This document shows positions 8,713 to 18,451 of a DNA stretch of 52,083 nt, one piece after another. The notes beneath the pieces were generated by a model that was not told where the DNA came from, did not search any database, and saw only the letters and a program-made list of their open reading frames with translations. The position numbers were made by a program, and so were the translations under genes. The stretch lies in contig CACETT010000004.1 in the NCBI GenBank assembly GCA_902562525.1, positions 1 through 52,083 of the forward strand, read 5' to 3'. Within the stretch, counting starts at the first letter, position 1. Each line of letters starts with the position of its first letter. The DNA is from an uncultured Alphaproteobacteria bacterium. GTDB lineage: Bacteria > Pseudomonadota > Alphaproteobacteria > UBA7887.

Positions 8713-10860
8713 TCACTCTTCCGCAAATGTCCCCGCCCCCCGCGCCATTTCTAGTGCAAGTGATATGTCCGTTTTTCTCAATAATTCTGGCAACACTGCT
8801 CCAGTAGGCGCTGCGATCCCATATACGGCATTAAATGGGATTCCAAATCGGTTAAAGCTAAACAGATAATTTTGGATATCGGGGTTTCTTTTTGTCCAAT
8901 CGCCTTGCATTTTCACGATATCTGGAGAATCCAGCAAATTTATAATCTCAGTACTATCCAAAACCAGTGCTTTGTTTATTTTACAGGTTAGGCACCAGTC
9001 CGCTGTTATGTCCACAAAGACAATTTTCCCAGAATTAACAAGGTCCGAAATTTTACTCTCATCTAGTTCAATCCAACCGGATTGTTGTGAATTAGAGGTA
9101 GATTCTAGGTCCTTTTCTTCAGGGGGGGCGGTGATTACGAATACTAGCATACTGCATCCGCCAATTGCTAAGGTTAGGGTGCGCAGCAAAACGCTTTTTT
9201 TGCCCGTTATTGAGGATGCAAACTTCAAACTTGTCCCACAGACAAAAGCAATTGTGCCGATGAGAAAAGCTAGGTTTATAGTGGTTTGCTGTGCCAGAAT
9301 CGCGAGTAACCATACAGCCGTTGCCACTAGAATAAATCCTAGAATGATACGAAGTTGGATCATCCACCTACCAGGTCGAGGTAGCTTACCCACCAAATTA
9401 GGGCTCGCCGCAAGAAGTATGTAAGGCGCGGCCATTCCTAGACCCAGCATGCTAAATATCAGAAGTATTTCCGTGGCCCCCTGACTGAGAGCAAAGCTGA
9501 TGGAGGTGCCTACAAAAGGCGCTGAACATGGGGTGGCCATTAGCGTAGCAAATGCGCCTGTAAAAAAACTTTGAGAGAGCCATTTTGTTCTTTCTTGGCT
9601 ATTCGGGCTTCCCTGTGGGCTGTTTGAGTAGGATGGCAAGCCAATTTCAAAGAACCCGAATAAATTACACGAAAAAATTGTTAGTATTAAGACTAATGAC
9701 ACTAGGAAAAGTGGTTCTTGGAATTGCATGCCCCATCCGACGGAGTTTCCTAAATTTCTTAATAGAATCGTGCCTAATGCAAGAATTAGGTAAGAGAATA
9801 GAATTCCCCCAACCGAAGCTAGGAAGCTCAAGCGTATTTTTAGTCTACTTTGGCCGACATTCTGTAAAACGCTAAGAATTTTTATTGACAGAACAGGCAA
9901 CACACATGGCATGAGGTTTAGAATCAGGCCACCAATGAGTGCAGTAAATAAAATACTGAGTAGTGCCAGACTATTTTGTTTTGGGTCTGTCTGGGCTACC
10001 GCTTCTATCTTGTGAGAGAACTCCTTGGCAGACCCGGCATCGACCAATGTAATCAGAAGTTCGAAGTTTTGTAGATTATTCCCTTTCACACTTGATACAG
10101 GCACCGAGAATTTAGCCTTCAAGGAGGAATTTGCAAGGGACATCGTTTCCGTACCAAACCGGTAAGCCGCTTGTCCTTCAAGAAATATAGAGGGGTCAAT
10201 GAAGGGGCTTTGGCGAGTGACATTAATTATAAGGGTGCCTTCATTGTCAGTCTCTGGAATATAGATTGAGTCAATATCCACAATGGAATCGTTAGCTGCA
10301 ATGGGCACCTTTCCTTCGAATTTTTCAATTAGTTGGGCGTATTGTGTTGGCCGTTGGTGACCGGGTGCTATCGCCATCTCCAGCTGCGTTGATACGGGTA
10401 TGCAAATTGTTTTGCAAACTTGGTAGTCTATTTTTAATCTAAGCCCCAAAGATCTGAGGGAGTCTTTCGCTTTGGCAATTATCGGGAAAACGACATGTTC
10501 TGTGTATCCAATAGTTGTAAGGTTGTTGCCTTCATCGAAACGTTGCGGCCAGGGCCATTTCATTTCTAGAAATTCGAGGTTAACGGATCGCGACCCGTCT
10601 ATGATTGGCGGGGAGCCAGCATCGCCAGGGCTTCTCCAATAGATCTTCCAACCTGGCTTCAGGGAAAACTCCAAACCTAAATTAATATCAGTTCCGTTGC
10701 CAATTCCTGATGTGCCAGAAATTAATCTGACCTCTGCAAATTCGCGTGAATCCCACTCTGAAGAAATCCCCCCATCCGATCTTGCTGTATTCCCAAAGGC
10801 TATACAAATAAGCAAAGAGCCCAAGAAGGACGTACATATGTAGTTTAACGAATGCTTCAT
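8713..10860 (-). CDS. DsbD/ScsB-family thiol:disulfide interchange membrane protein
   Basis: Signal peptide; 'GWKIYWRSPGDAG' and 'CKTICIP' N-domain; TM 'LNLMPCVLPVL' and 'TPCSAP'; thioredoxin 'ADWCLTC'. Confidence 0.93.
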   Translation of the reverse strand: MKHSLNYICTSFLGSLLICIAFGNTARSDGGISSEWDSREFAEVRLISGTSGIGNGTDINLGLEFSLKPGWKIYWRSPGDAGSPPIIDGSRSVNLEFLEMKWPWPQRFDEGNNLTTIGYTEHVVFPIIAKAKDSLRSLGLRLKIDYQVCKTICIPVSTQLEMAIAPGHQRPTQYAQLIEKFEGKVPIAANDSIVDIDSIYIPETDNEGTLIINVTRQSPFIDPSIFLEGQAAYRFGTETMSLANSSLKAKFSVPVSSVKGNNLQNFELLITLVDAGSAKEFSHKIEAVAQTDPKQNSLALLSILFTALIGGLILNLMPCVLPVLSIKILSVLQNVGQSRLKIRLSFLASVGGILFSYLILALGTILLRNLGNSVGWGMQFQEPLFLVSLVLILTIFSCNLFGFFEIGLPSYSNSPQGSPNSQERTKWLSQSFFTGAFATLMATPCSAPFVGTSISFALSQGATEILLIFSMLGLGMAAPYILLAASPNLVGKLPRPGRWMIQLRIILGFILVATAVWLLAILAQQTTINLAFLIGTIAFVCGTSLKFASSITGKKSVLLRTLTLAIGGCSMLVFVITAPPEEKDLESTSNSQQSGWIELDESKISDLVNSGKIVFVDITADWCLTCKINKALVLDSTEIINLLDSPDIVKMQGDWTKRNPDIQNYLFSFNRFGIPFNAVYGIAAPTGAVLPELLRKTDISLALEMARGAGTFAEE

Positions 10861-10970
10861 TATGATTAAAATAACGTCGTGAATGTAGTGCGTGGAACTG
10901 GCATGGTGCTGAATATGTCCTTATATTATTTTTTATAACTACCAATATTTATACGAAAAGCATAACCGAA

Positions 10971-11549
10971 ATGATCGAAATGGAGCACCAACATCAAGGG
11001 TATTTGGCCGGGCGGCTCCTCATTGCTTTGCCGGCAATGCTAGACCCACGGTTTTCTCAAAGTGTCATATATTTATGCAGTCATAATGAGCGCGGGGCAA
11101 TGGGGCTAATTGTAAACCAGATTATGGACACAGTAAATTTTTGTGACATGTTGACGGCAATGAATATTAAGGTCGACCATGCCCAACCAAAAAGGCAGGT
11201 CCATTTTGGTGGCCCTGTCGAGGCAGAGCGCGGGTTCGTTTTGCATAGCGCAGATTACAGTTGTGAGGGAACTTTGGAAATCAAAGATGGAGTGAGCCTG
11301 ACGGCGACAAGAGATGTTCTTCAACTTATTGCATCTGGAACCGGCCCTAAGAATTCCCTCTTTGCCTTAGGTTATGCGGGATGGGGACCGGGACAGCTTG
11401 ATGCGGAGATTCAGGGAAACAGCTGGATGTTTGGTGTGCCAGAGACAGAAATTTTGTTTGGTAAGAAGCATGCTCAGAAGTGGTCCCTTGCGACCTCTAG
11501 GGCTGGAATAGATATTAGTGCATTGTCTAGTGAGAGCGGTAATGCCTAG
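10971..11549 (+). CDS. YqgE/AlgH family (DUF179) protein
   Basis: 'LLIALPAMLDPRF', 'GGPVEAERGFVLHS', 'LGYAGWGPGQLDAEI'. Confidence 0.95.
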   Translation: MIEMEHQHQGYLAGRLLIALPAMLDPRFSQSVIYLCSHNERGAMGLIVNQIMDTVNFCDMLTAMNIKVDHAQPKRQVHFGGPVEAERGFVLHSADYSCEGTLEIKDGVSLTATRDVLQLIASGTGPKNSLFALGYAGWGPGQLDAEIQGNSWMFGVPETEILFGKKHAQKWSLATSRAGIDISALSSESGNA

Positions 11550-11571
11550 AGTGATAGGCAGGTCACCTGCT

Positions 11572-12255
11572 TTAATTTTGTGCGGCAGATGGTGAGGTTT
11601 CAAAGCGCTTGCCGTTGATCCGCCTTGTACGGTTTTTCTTTTCTTGGTGAATTGCTGGGATTGGTTCAATTTTAGTATCGGTTTCAAGAAGGCCAAATAA
11701 AACATGATCTTGCCAAGCACCATTTATCTTTAAATATCTTCGTGCAAACCCTTCTTTACGGAATCCTACCTTTTTTAGAAGTGCGTGACTTGCCACGTTG
11801 TTAGGAAGGCAAGCGGCTTCAATGCGGTGGATTTTCAGTCTCAAAAAGATTATAGGAAGCAGTCCGGAAAGGGCCTCTGTCATATACCCCTTACAGGCAT
11901 AATTTTGTCCCACCCAATAACCAATACTGCAGCTTTGTGCCACACCCCTCCGAACATCGTTTATAGCAACTCCGCCTATTAAGGCACGGTCCTCGTCCCT
12001 AAACACCAGAAAAGTGTAGCCAAGGTCCGTATTGCTATGAAGGGCATGTGCCTTCAGTCGCCGAAAATAAGCTTTTCTAGTTAGAGAGTCAGAGGGCCAG
12101 GTTGGCTCCCATGGTCGCAGAAATTGTTGACTATCTCTCCTGAGCTCTAGCCATTTCCGGCAATCCCGGCGTTGAGGTGGCCTCATATATACTCGGCCGG
12201 CCCTTATGGGGTTTCCCTTGATTGCTTCAGATAGTGATTTGAATAAGGCAATCAT
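11572..12255 (-). CDS. rimJ: RimJ-like GNAT N-acetyltransferase
   Basis: 'FLRPWEPTW', 'RRGVAQSCSIGYWVG', 'HRIEAACLPNN', 'YLKINGAWQDH'. Confidence 0.9.
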   Translation of the reverse strand: MIALFKSLSEAIKGNPIRAGRVYMRPPQRRDCRKWLELRRDSQQFLRPWEPTWPSDSLTRKAYFRRLKAHALHSNTDLGYTFLVFRDEDRALIGGVAINDVRRGVAQSCSIGYWVGQNYACKGYMTEALSGLLPIIFLRLKIHRIEAACLPNNVASHALLKKVGFRKEGFARRYLKINGAWQDHVLFGLLETDTKIEPIPAIHQEKKNRTRRINGKRFETSPSAAQN

Positions 12256-12500
12256 TTTTTTACCTTTATGCGAAACCTGTATTCACCTTCTTCTTTTACA
12301 CATTCTTCAAGAGAATGTCCTGTTACTTGGCAAAACGTTTCAAAATCAGCAACTGAACTTGGGTCAGTGGCTACCACAACTAACACCTCTTCGGGTGATA
12401 ATTTTTTAATAAATTTTTTGGTTTTTAGCACCGGCAGAGGACAGAGTAAATTTCTCACGTCAAGATTGTAGATTGAATCGGAGCTGTTTGTGGGTTTCAT
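12252..12500 (-). CDS. tusA: Sulfur carrier, TusA/SirA family
   Basis: 'LDVRNLLCPLPVLK' CPxP motif, 'ATDPSSVADFETFC'; ATGA overlaps with both neighbours. Confidence 0.92.
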   Translation of the reverse strand: MKPTNSSDSIYNLDVRNLLCPLPVLKTKKFIKKLSPEEVLVVVATDPSSVADFETFCQVTGHSLEECVKEEGEYRFRIKVKK

Positions 12501-13771
12501 ATTTGGAGGCCCGCTTGAAATTTCGCGAATTGATCACTATCGGTTTTAGGGCCTAATGTAGTCATGGTTGGGCATCCACGGGACAAGATTTTTTGTATCA
12601 CTCGTTTTAGTTGTTGTGAGTCTACAGCGTCAATTTGCTTTATGATTTCCTCATGCGATAGAGGCCTTCCAAATAGTAATACTTGTCGGGCCAATTGGCC
12701 GCATCTTGAGGATGTGCTTTCTAGTGACATTAATAAACCCGACTTGAGTTGCGCGCAGGCGCGTGAAGTTTCTGTATTTGTTATATGTTTAGTGACTTCT
12801 TTCAATTCATGGCATACGGTTTCCACAAGTTCATTAGTTGCTTCTTCATTTGTCCCAGCATAAATACCGAACAGGCCACCATCTGCATAGCTTGTCGCGA
12901 AGGAGTAAACAGAGTATGCCAAACCTTTCTCTTCCCTAATTTTCTGAAATAATCTAGATGACATGCCGCCACCAAACAGGACGGAAAAAACCTGAAGAGC
13001 GTAGTAGTCTTCGTCGTCATATGCTAAACCGTCAAATCCCAACACAACATGCATTTGATCTAGATCACGCTGTTCTTGAACAAAGCCCCCCACATATTCC
13101 GCTTGATCAAGTTCTTGGTCCGGTAGACGGCTCCTTTTCTGGAAAAAATTGGCCGCCAAATCCACAAGATCCTCGTGCTTAAGGTTGCCAGCGGCCGACA
13201 CTACCATTTTGTCCGGGGTGTATTGGTTCTCCATATAGTCCGAGAGAGATTTAGGGGAAAAAGCTCGCACATTTTGGGCAGTTCCTAAGATAGGGCGGCC
13301 GATAGGCTGATCCGGGTAAGCCAATTCCTGGAACTGATCAAAAATGATATCATCTGGTGTATCACGCGTTTGTCCCATTTCCTGAATTACTACTTCTTTT
13401 TCCTTGGCTAATTCGTCTTCAGAAAAAGTTGGGTTTTCTAAAATATCGGAGAGAATTTCTGTGGCGAGAGGGAGGTCTTGCCTGAGTACTTTAGCATAGT
13501 ATGCTGTCTGCTCTTTCGAAGTGTATGCATTCAAATGGCCGCCCACATTCTCAATTTCCTCCGCAATATCCCGAGCTGTGCGGGTGGTGGTGCCTTTGAA
13601 GGCCATATGCTCAAGAAGGTGAGAAATGCCATTGTTGTTTTTTGTCTCGTGGCGGGAGCCGGCATTAACCCATACGCCGACCGAAGCAGTCTCCAAGGTG
13701 CTGGTTGATTCACTGATAATGCGCATACCGTTCTCGAGAGTGCTCAACTGTACCGATTCACGTGTTTCCAT
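12497..13771 (-). CDS. M16B zinc peptidase (MPP-like, pitrilysin family)
   Basis: Inverted zinc motif 'HLLEH', 'NAYTSKEQT', 'GGGMSSRLFQ', 'GLAYSV'. Confidence 0.95.
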   Translation of the reverse strand: METRESVQLSTLENGMRIISESTSTLETASVGVWVNAGSRHETKNNNGISHLLEHMAFKGTTTRTARDIAEEIENVGGHLNAYTSKEQTAYYAKVLRQDLPLATEILSDILENPTFSEDELAKEKEVVIQEMGQTRDTPDDIIFDQFQELAYPDQPIGRPILGTAQNVRAFSPKSLSDYMENQYTPDKMVVSAAGNLKHEDLVDLAANFFQKRSRLPDQELDQAEYVGGFVQEQRDLDQMHVVLGFDGLAYDDEDYYALQVFSVLFGGGMSSRLFQKIREEKGLAYSVYSFATSYADGGLFGIYAGTNEEATNELVETVCHELKEVTKHITNTETSRACAQLKSGLLMSLESTSSRCGQLARQVLLFGRPLSHEEIIKQIDAVDSQQLKRVIQKILSRGCPTMTTLGPKTDSDQFAKFQAGLQI

Positions 13772-13786
13772 ATTTTTTCCAAAAAG

Positions 13787-15184
13787 TTAAATTTTGTGAG
13801 AACGCCTACTGCGTTGACGGATATAGGATTGAATTTTTAGAATTTCACATTCCAATATATCGTATCTTTCCTTTGATTCCAAAGCAGATAGCAGTCGATC
13901 TGGGATTGACGGCCTTTTGCCGGTTGCTTTCATCACGGATTCAGAGAATTTGGCTGGATGGGCTGTCGCTAGGCATACCATGGGTCCAATCTCTCTGTAA
14001 GTAGATTTTCTGGCAGCCGCCGTTCCTACCGCAGTATGGGGGTCAATGAGATTGCCTGTCTCACTGTAAACAAGCTCCATTTCTCCTAATGTTTCTGCTT
14101 CATCGATGGATGAGCTAGAAAAGAACTTTCTGGCACACTCCATATGGTTGGATGTTATGGTGAATTTTCCATCATCCTTCAGCGCTTCCATGTTTTGGCA
14201 GAGTGCATGGTGGTCCCTTCCTTGTAATTCGAAGAGATACCGTTCGAAGTTGCTTGCGACTTGGATGTCCATACTTGGGGATATTCCGGGTATAACAGAT
14301 TCTGTCTGGTAAGTGCCTGTGGTCAATACCCGGTGGAGGATATCGTTTTGGTTGGTGGCTACAAGAAGCTCCTTGCTGGGGAGGCCAGTGCGTTTTGCAA
14401 CGTAGGCTGCGTATATATTGCCAAAGTTTCCTGTTGGCACAGAAAAGGCTAGAAGCTTATTTCTCAACTTCATGAATGCTGCGTAATAATACACTACTTG
14501 AACCATCACACGTGCCCAGTTAATTGAGTTAACAGCAGCGAGAGATAGTTCTTTATTGAAGTGGGGGTCCCCAAACATTTCCTTTACTAGGCTCTGGCAA
14601 TCATCAAAAGTACCTTTCACCGCTATATTGTGGATGTTAGCAGCGTCGACAGATGTCATCTGCCTTCTTTGGACTTCTGAGACCCTTCCCAAAGGATGAA
14701 GCATGAAAAGGTCAATATTTTGGCGGTTCTTGCATGCTTCAATAGCGGCAGAACCAGTATCGCCAGAAGTCGCGCCTATGACAGTAATGTGTTCGCCTTT
14801 TTGCGAAAGAACGTGATCGAACATTCTGCTGACTACTTGGAGTGCGAAATCTTTAAAGGATAGAGTTGGGCCGTGAAATAGTTCGAGAAGCCAAAGGGAA
14901 GGTCCTATTTCAACTAGCGGTGCGACTTCTTCACAGCAAAATTCTGAGTAAGCTTCGGAGGTAATATTTTGAAGGGTTGGATCGTCTATGTCCTGACCTA
15001 TAAAAGGTTTTAATATTTGCGCTGCTAGGTTGGCATAGCCGAGCTTAAGCGAAGCTAGATCGTCTGGTCGTATCTTTGGCCATTCCGACGGCACATAAAG
15101 TCCCCCATCGGGTGCAAGGCCCCTGAGCAAGGTCTCATTGAAGCCCAAGATCTCATTGGTATTGCGAGTGCTGATGTAGTTCAC
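13787..15184 (-). CDS. thrC: Threonine synthase (start re-called to GTG at 15184)
   Basis: 'YISTR', 'GLAPDGGLYVP', PLP 'ELFHGPTLSFKD', 'ATSGDTGSA', 'VPTGNFGN'; GGAGAG SD before GTG. Confidence 0.96.
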   Translation of the reverse strand: MNYISTRNTNEILGFNETLLRGLAPDGGLYVPSEWPKIRPDDLASLKLGYANLAAQILKPFIGQDIDDPTLQNITSEAYSEFCCEEVAPLVEIGPSLWLLELFHGPTLSFKDFALQVVSRMFDHVLSQKGEHITVIGATSGDTGSAAIEACKNRQNIDLFMLHPLGRVSEVQRRQMTSVDAANIHNIAVKGTFDDCQSLVKEMFGDPHFNKELSLAAVNSINWARVMVQVVYYYAAFMKLRNKLLAFSVPTGNFGNIYAAYVAKRTGLPSKELLVATNQNDILHRVLTTGTYQTESVIPGISPSMDIQVASNFERYLFELQGRDHHALCQNMEALKDDGKFTITSNHMECARKFFSSSSIDEAETLGEMELVYSETGNLIDPHTAVGTAAARKSTYREIGPMVCLATAHPAKFSESVMKATGKRPSIPDRLLSALESKERYDILECEILKIQSYIRQRSRRSHKI

Positions 15185-15338
15185 GCTCTCTCCCATGTTG
15201 CATTGCTCTCCCGCCTGTGTGGGGGCATTTTTTCCGTCTCTATCTTGTTGACAATACCCGCACATGTGGCTTCGACTCAATACACACCTTATTGTACCGT
15301 ACAGGTTGTTTTGATGAGAACAAGAGTGGATTAACGGC

Positions 15339-16268
15339 GTGCCTCAGGGTAGTAAAAATAGGCCTAAGAAGGCTTTGGTTGTTTTAAATCCGGTGGCGGG
15401 CAACCGCGATCAGACGTTGTCTGATCTGGTTTTGCAGAAACTAAGCTCTTTAGGTTGGGAGATTTGCATTCGTGAGACTTCTGGCATCGGGGACGCGGAG
15501 ATCATTGCATCAAAGATCAGTGGGGGCAATTTTGCGTTTGACCTAATAATTGTATCAGGTGGAGATGGCACCATAAATGAGGTTGTGAACGGGTTACTCG
15601 GAGGGGGAAGGCTGGACATCCCCATTGGTGTAATCCCGGCGGGAACTGTGAACTTACTTGCTAGCGAACTCGGCCTAAAGAATTCTGTGCCATCCATAGT
15701 GGACGCTCTTTTGGGTGAAACCAAGCGATCGATTTCTTTGGGCGAGGTTATAGGTAGGGACGGCGAACGTGTGTTTCTGATGACCGCTGGGGTTGGCTTT
15801 GACGCAAATGCCATTTCGCGTTTATCTATGAGTATCAAGAAACTCCATGGAAAAACCGCATATGCTTTGGCAGGGTTAATGGAGTATCTGCTGGGCTCGT
15901 TTCCAAAATATAAAGTTATCCTCGGGGGAAAGGAATACACCGTAGGTTCAGTTTTGCTCGCAAATGGGAAATATTACGGTGGTCGCATGGTTTGGGCTCC
16001 TAAGGCTGAAGTTGGCGAACCTGGATTGCAAATTGGGTTGTTCAGGACCCTGGGTCGACTAACCTTGCCGATCTACGTGCTTGGAATGATGTTTGGTTTT
16101 TTATCCAAGCTCAAAGGTTTCCACATAATTGATGCAGACGAAATTATTGTAGAAGGGCCCAGGGGGCGCCCGGTTCAAATAGATGGTGATCTACTTGCCC
16201 GGTTGCCGGTACGTATCCGGGTGGCCCGAGACAAGGTCAATATCTATGCTGCCCACTCCCGGAAGTAA
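15339..16268 (+). CDS. Diacylglycerol/sphingosine kinase-family lipid kinase (YegS/BmrU-like)
   Basis: 'NPVAG', 'GGDGTINEVVNG', 'IPAGTVN', 'GVGFDA', 'NGKYYGG', 'QIDGD'. Confidence 0.92.
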   Translation: MPQGSKNRPKKALVVLNPVAGNRDQTLSDLVLQKLSSLGWEICIRETSGIGDAEIIASKISGGNFAFDLIIVSGGDGTINEVVNGLLGGGRLDIPIGVIPAGTVNLLASELGLKNSVPSIVDALLGETKRSISLGEVIGRDGERVFLMTAGVGFDANAISRLSMSIKKLHGKTAYALAGLMEYLLGSFPKYKVILGGKEYTVGSVLLANGKYYGGRMVWAPKAEVGEPGLQIGLFRTLGRLTLPIYVLGMMFGFLSKLKGFHIIDADEIIVEGPRGRPVQIDGDLLARLPVRIRVARDKVNIYAAHSRK

Positions 16269-16273
16269 TAGCG

Positions 16274-17617
16274 CTAAGTTCCGGCAACAGTCATACCGTC
16301 TACTCGAATAGTGGGAGCGTTGGTTGAATATTTGAAAGATAGGTCATCCGCCGCCGTCAGGTTGGCAAACATGTCGAGTATGTTACCAGCTACTGTCATT
16401 TCATTGACAGGAAATGCAATATCCCCATTTTCGATCCAGAACCCAGAGGCTCCTCTGCTGTAATCCCCGGTCAGACTATTAAAGCTCATTCCCATCATTT
16501 CGGTTATGTAGAAACCGTTCTTAACTTCTGCAATGAGCTCTTCTCTACTGATTTGTCCTTTCATCATATAGAGGTTGCTTGGTCCCGGGCTAGGGGCGCT
16601 CGATGGTCCGCGGATAGCGTGGCCGGTGCTATCTAGGCCTAATTGGTTGGCAGACCGTGTGTCCATGAGCCAAGTGGTCAGGACGCCCTTATCAACCACC
16701 ATTCTCGTTTTGCCAATACAGCCTTCACCATCAAAGGGACGGGAGGCGAGTCCTCTCGAGCGGTGTGGGTCATCACAAATGGAGACCGTCTCAGGGAAGA
16801 TTTTTTCCATCAACTTGTCTTTAAGAACGCTGGTGCCCCGAGCGATGGATGCTCCAGAAATAAGTCCCGATAGCAGGCGGGGTAGCCCACCTGACAGCCT
16901 TGGGTCAAAGATAACCGGGGCTTGTTGGCTTTTGACTTTTTGTGGATTCTGTCGTGCGACCGCTTTTTCTCCAGCGCTTCTCCCAATAGCCGAGGGTGCC
17001 ATGAGGTCTTCAAAGAAACGGGTCGAAGAATATTCATAGTCCCTCTCCATTCCCGTATCCTGCCCGGCTATCACGGAGACGGATGCACCAAAATTAGTTA
17101 CTGAATACTCGTCCGCAAAGCCGGCGGAACTAGCCAATGCAATATGGCCTTTATTCTTAGTTGCTTCTGCGCCTTCCGAATTTGTTACCCCTTCCACCGA
17201 GCGGGCTGCGTCTTCGGTATCTGCTGCCAGATCAAATAGGTCTTCTGGAGAAATTTCTCTTGGGTCATTTAGTTGGAGATCAGTCTGGGTTATTGGGGAA
17301 GAGTCGGTTGAAGGAATTTCGCAATATGGATCTGCTGGCGCATTTCGGGCCATGGTGATCGCTCGATCTATTAGGTCCTGCAGAGTTGAAGTTTTTAAGT
17401 CTGTGGAGGATACAATTGCTTGTCCCTTTCCCACCAAAGTTCTAAGGCCAAGATCATGGGATTCTTCTCTTTCAACGCCCTCCTTTTTGCCAAGGCGCCA
17501 CGAAACGCTGAGAGACTCCGATTCAAATATTATGGCGTCGGCAGCATCTGCCCCAGCCTTACGGGCCCTTGCGATAAGGTCAGTCAGGAGCCCCTTTTTC
17601 GATTCTTGCATTCGCAT
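16274..17617 (-). CDS. pmbA: PmbA/TldE metalloprotease partner
   Basis: 'SRPFDGEG', 'TGDYSRGASGFWIENG', 'PVNEMTVAGN'; lacks HExxxH. Confidence 0.94.
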   Translation of the reverse strand: MRMQESKKGLLTDLIARARKAGADAADAIIFESESLSVSWRLGKKEGVEREESHDLGLRTLVGKGQAIVSSTDLKTSTLQDLIDRAITMARNAPADPYCEIPSTDSSPITQTDLQLNDPREISPEDLFDLAADTEDAARSVEGVTNSEGAEATKNKGHIALASSAGFADEYSVTNFGASVSVIAGQDTGMERDYEYSSTRFFEDLMAPSAIGRSAGEKAVARQNPQKVKSQQAPVIFDPRLSGGLPRLLSGLISGASIARGTSVLKDKLMEKIFPETVSICDDPHRSRGLASRPFDGEGCIGKTRMVVDKGVLTTWLMDTRSANQLGLDSTGHAIRGPSSAPSPGPSNLYMMKGQISREELIAEVKNGFYITEMMGMSFNSLTGDYSRGASGFWIENGDIAFPVNEMTVAGNILDMFANLTAADDLSFKYSTNAPTIRVDGMTVAGT

Positions 17618-17705
17618 TTACTAAACTTTCCATCAGTTATCTGGAAACCGAGTAGGGGTGAAGCACAACCTCGAGCCGGGGAACCCCTATTCTAGTGTCC
17701 GGATG

Positions 17706-18377
17706 TCACTCTATAATAAAGTGTTCTCGGGTTAGCATGAGATTTTGGGAGGTTGTTTCTGTAAAGTTTGCACCGTCTGCGAGAGTGGATTCATATTCCG
17801 GAGTACCAATGCTCGTCTTCATTTTATCCACCGAGTCGAACCAGGTGATTCCTATGCCATCCCAGGAAGGTTTGGGTTTTCGATTGTAGCCGGCTAATTT
17901 TGTGTGGGATTGCACGTATCGGCGTACAATGGAAATTTCATTTGCAAGAGGCCCGTGGACATTCTTCCAGTAAGTTTGGAAATCTTGAGCACTCATTCCA
18001 TTCTTACGGGTAACAAGCCCTATGCTTTTGATGCCATCTTTTGGGATTTTTCCGTCTTTTATAACATGTTCTTCAGTAAGGAGTAGAGAGGTGTTCTTTG
18101 GATCAATGAAGTTGGTTTCGTCCTCTGTCACGGCTTTGTACGCATCTGATTTTGCCATGGAGCGCAGCGCCTCAGTGTTGTCCACCCATATCTCCGCAAG
18201 GCCATCATAGATCAATTCACCTTTCCTGTACCCACCGAGGAGTGGATGGGATTGCACATACCGTTTCACAAGCGGGAGCTTTCGTACAATATCGGCGTGC
18301 TTGCCGAGCCAATATTTTTGGAATGTTTCTACCTCCATTCCCTGCATACGCTTCACCAATGTACAGGCCTTTAGCAT
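17706..18377 (-). CDS. Tandem EthD-domain protein
   Basis: Two repeats, 'FQKYWLGKHA..RYVQSH..YDGLAEIW' and 'FQTYWKNVHG..RYVQSH..WDGIGITWFD'; GGGAGAGG SD before ATG 18377. Confidence 0.85.
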   Translation of the reverse strand: MLKACTLVKRMQGMEVETFQKYWLGKHADIVRKLPLVKRYVQSHPLLGGYRKGELIYDGLAEIWVDNTEALRSMAKSDAYKAVTEDETNFIDPKNTSLLLTEEHVIKDGKIPKDGIKSIGLVTRKNGMSAQDFQTYWKNVHGPLANEISIVRRYVQSHTKLAGYNRKPKPSWDGIGITWFDSVDKMKTSIGTPEYESTLADGANFTETTSQNLMLTREHFIIE

Positions 18378-18451
18378 ATTTCCTCTCCCAAGTCCCCGCG
18401 GCAATAATCAAACGGATTGGCGCTATTACAAACTAGAATTGGACTTATAGA

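Noticed and set aside
8066-11549. prx5-dsbD-yqgE as a novel redox system
   Set aside because: This is a commonly seen alphaproteobacterial arrangement, and the Prx has no export signal linking it to DsbD
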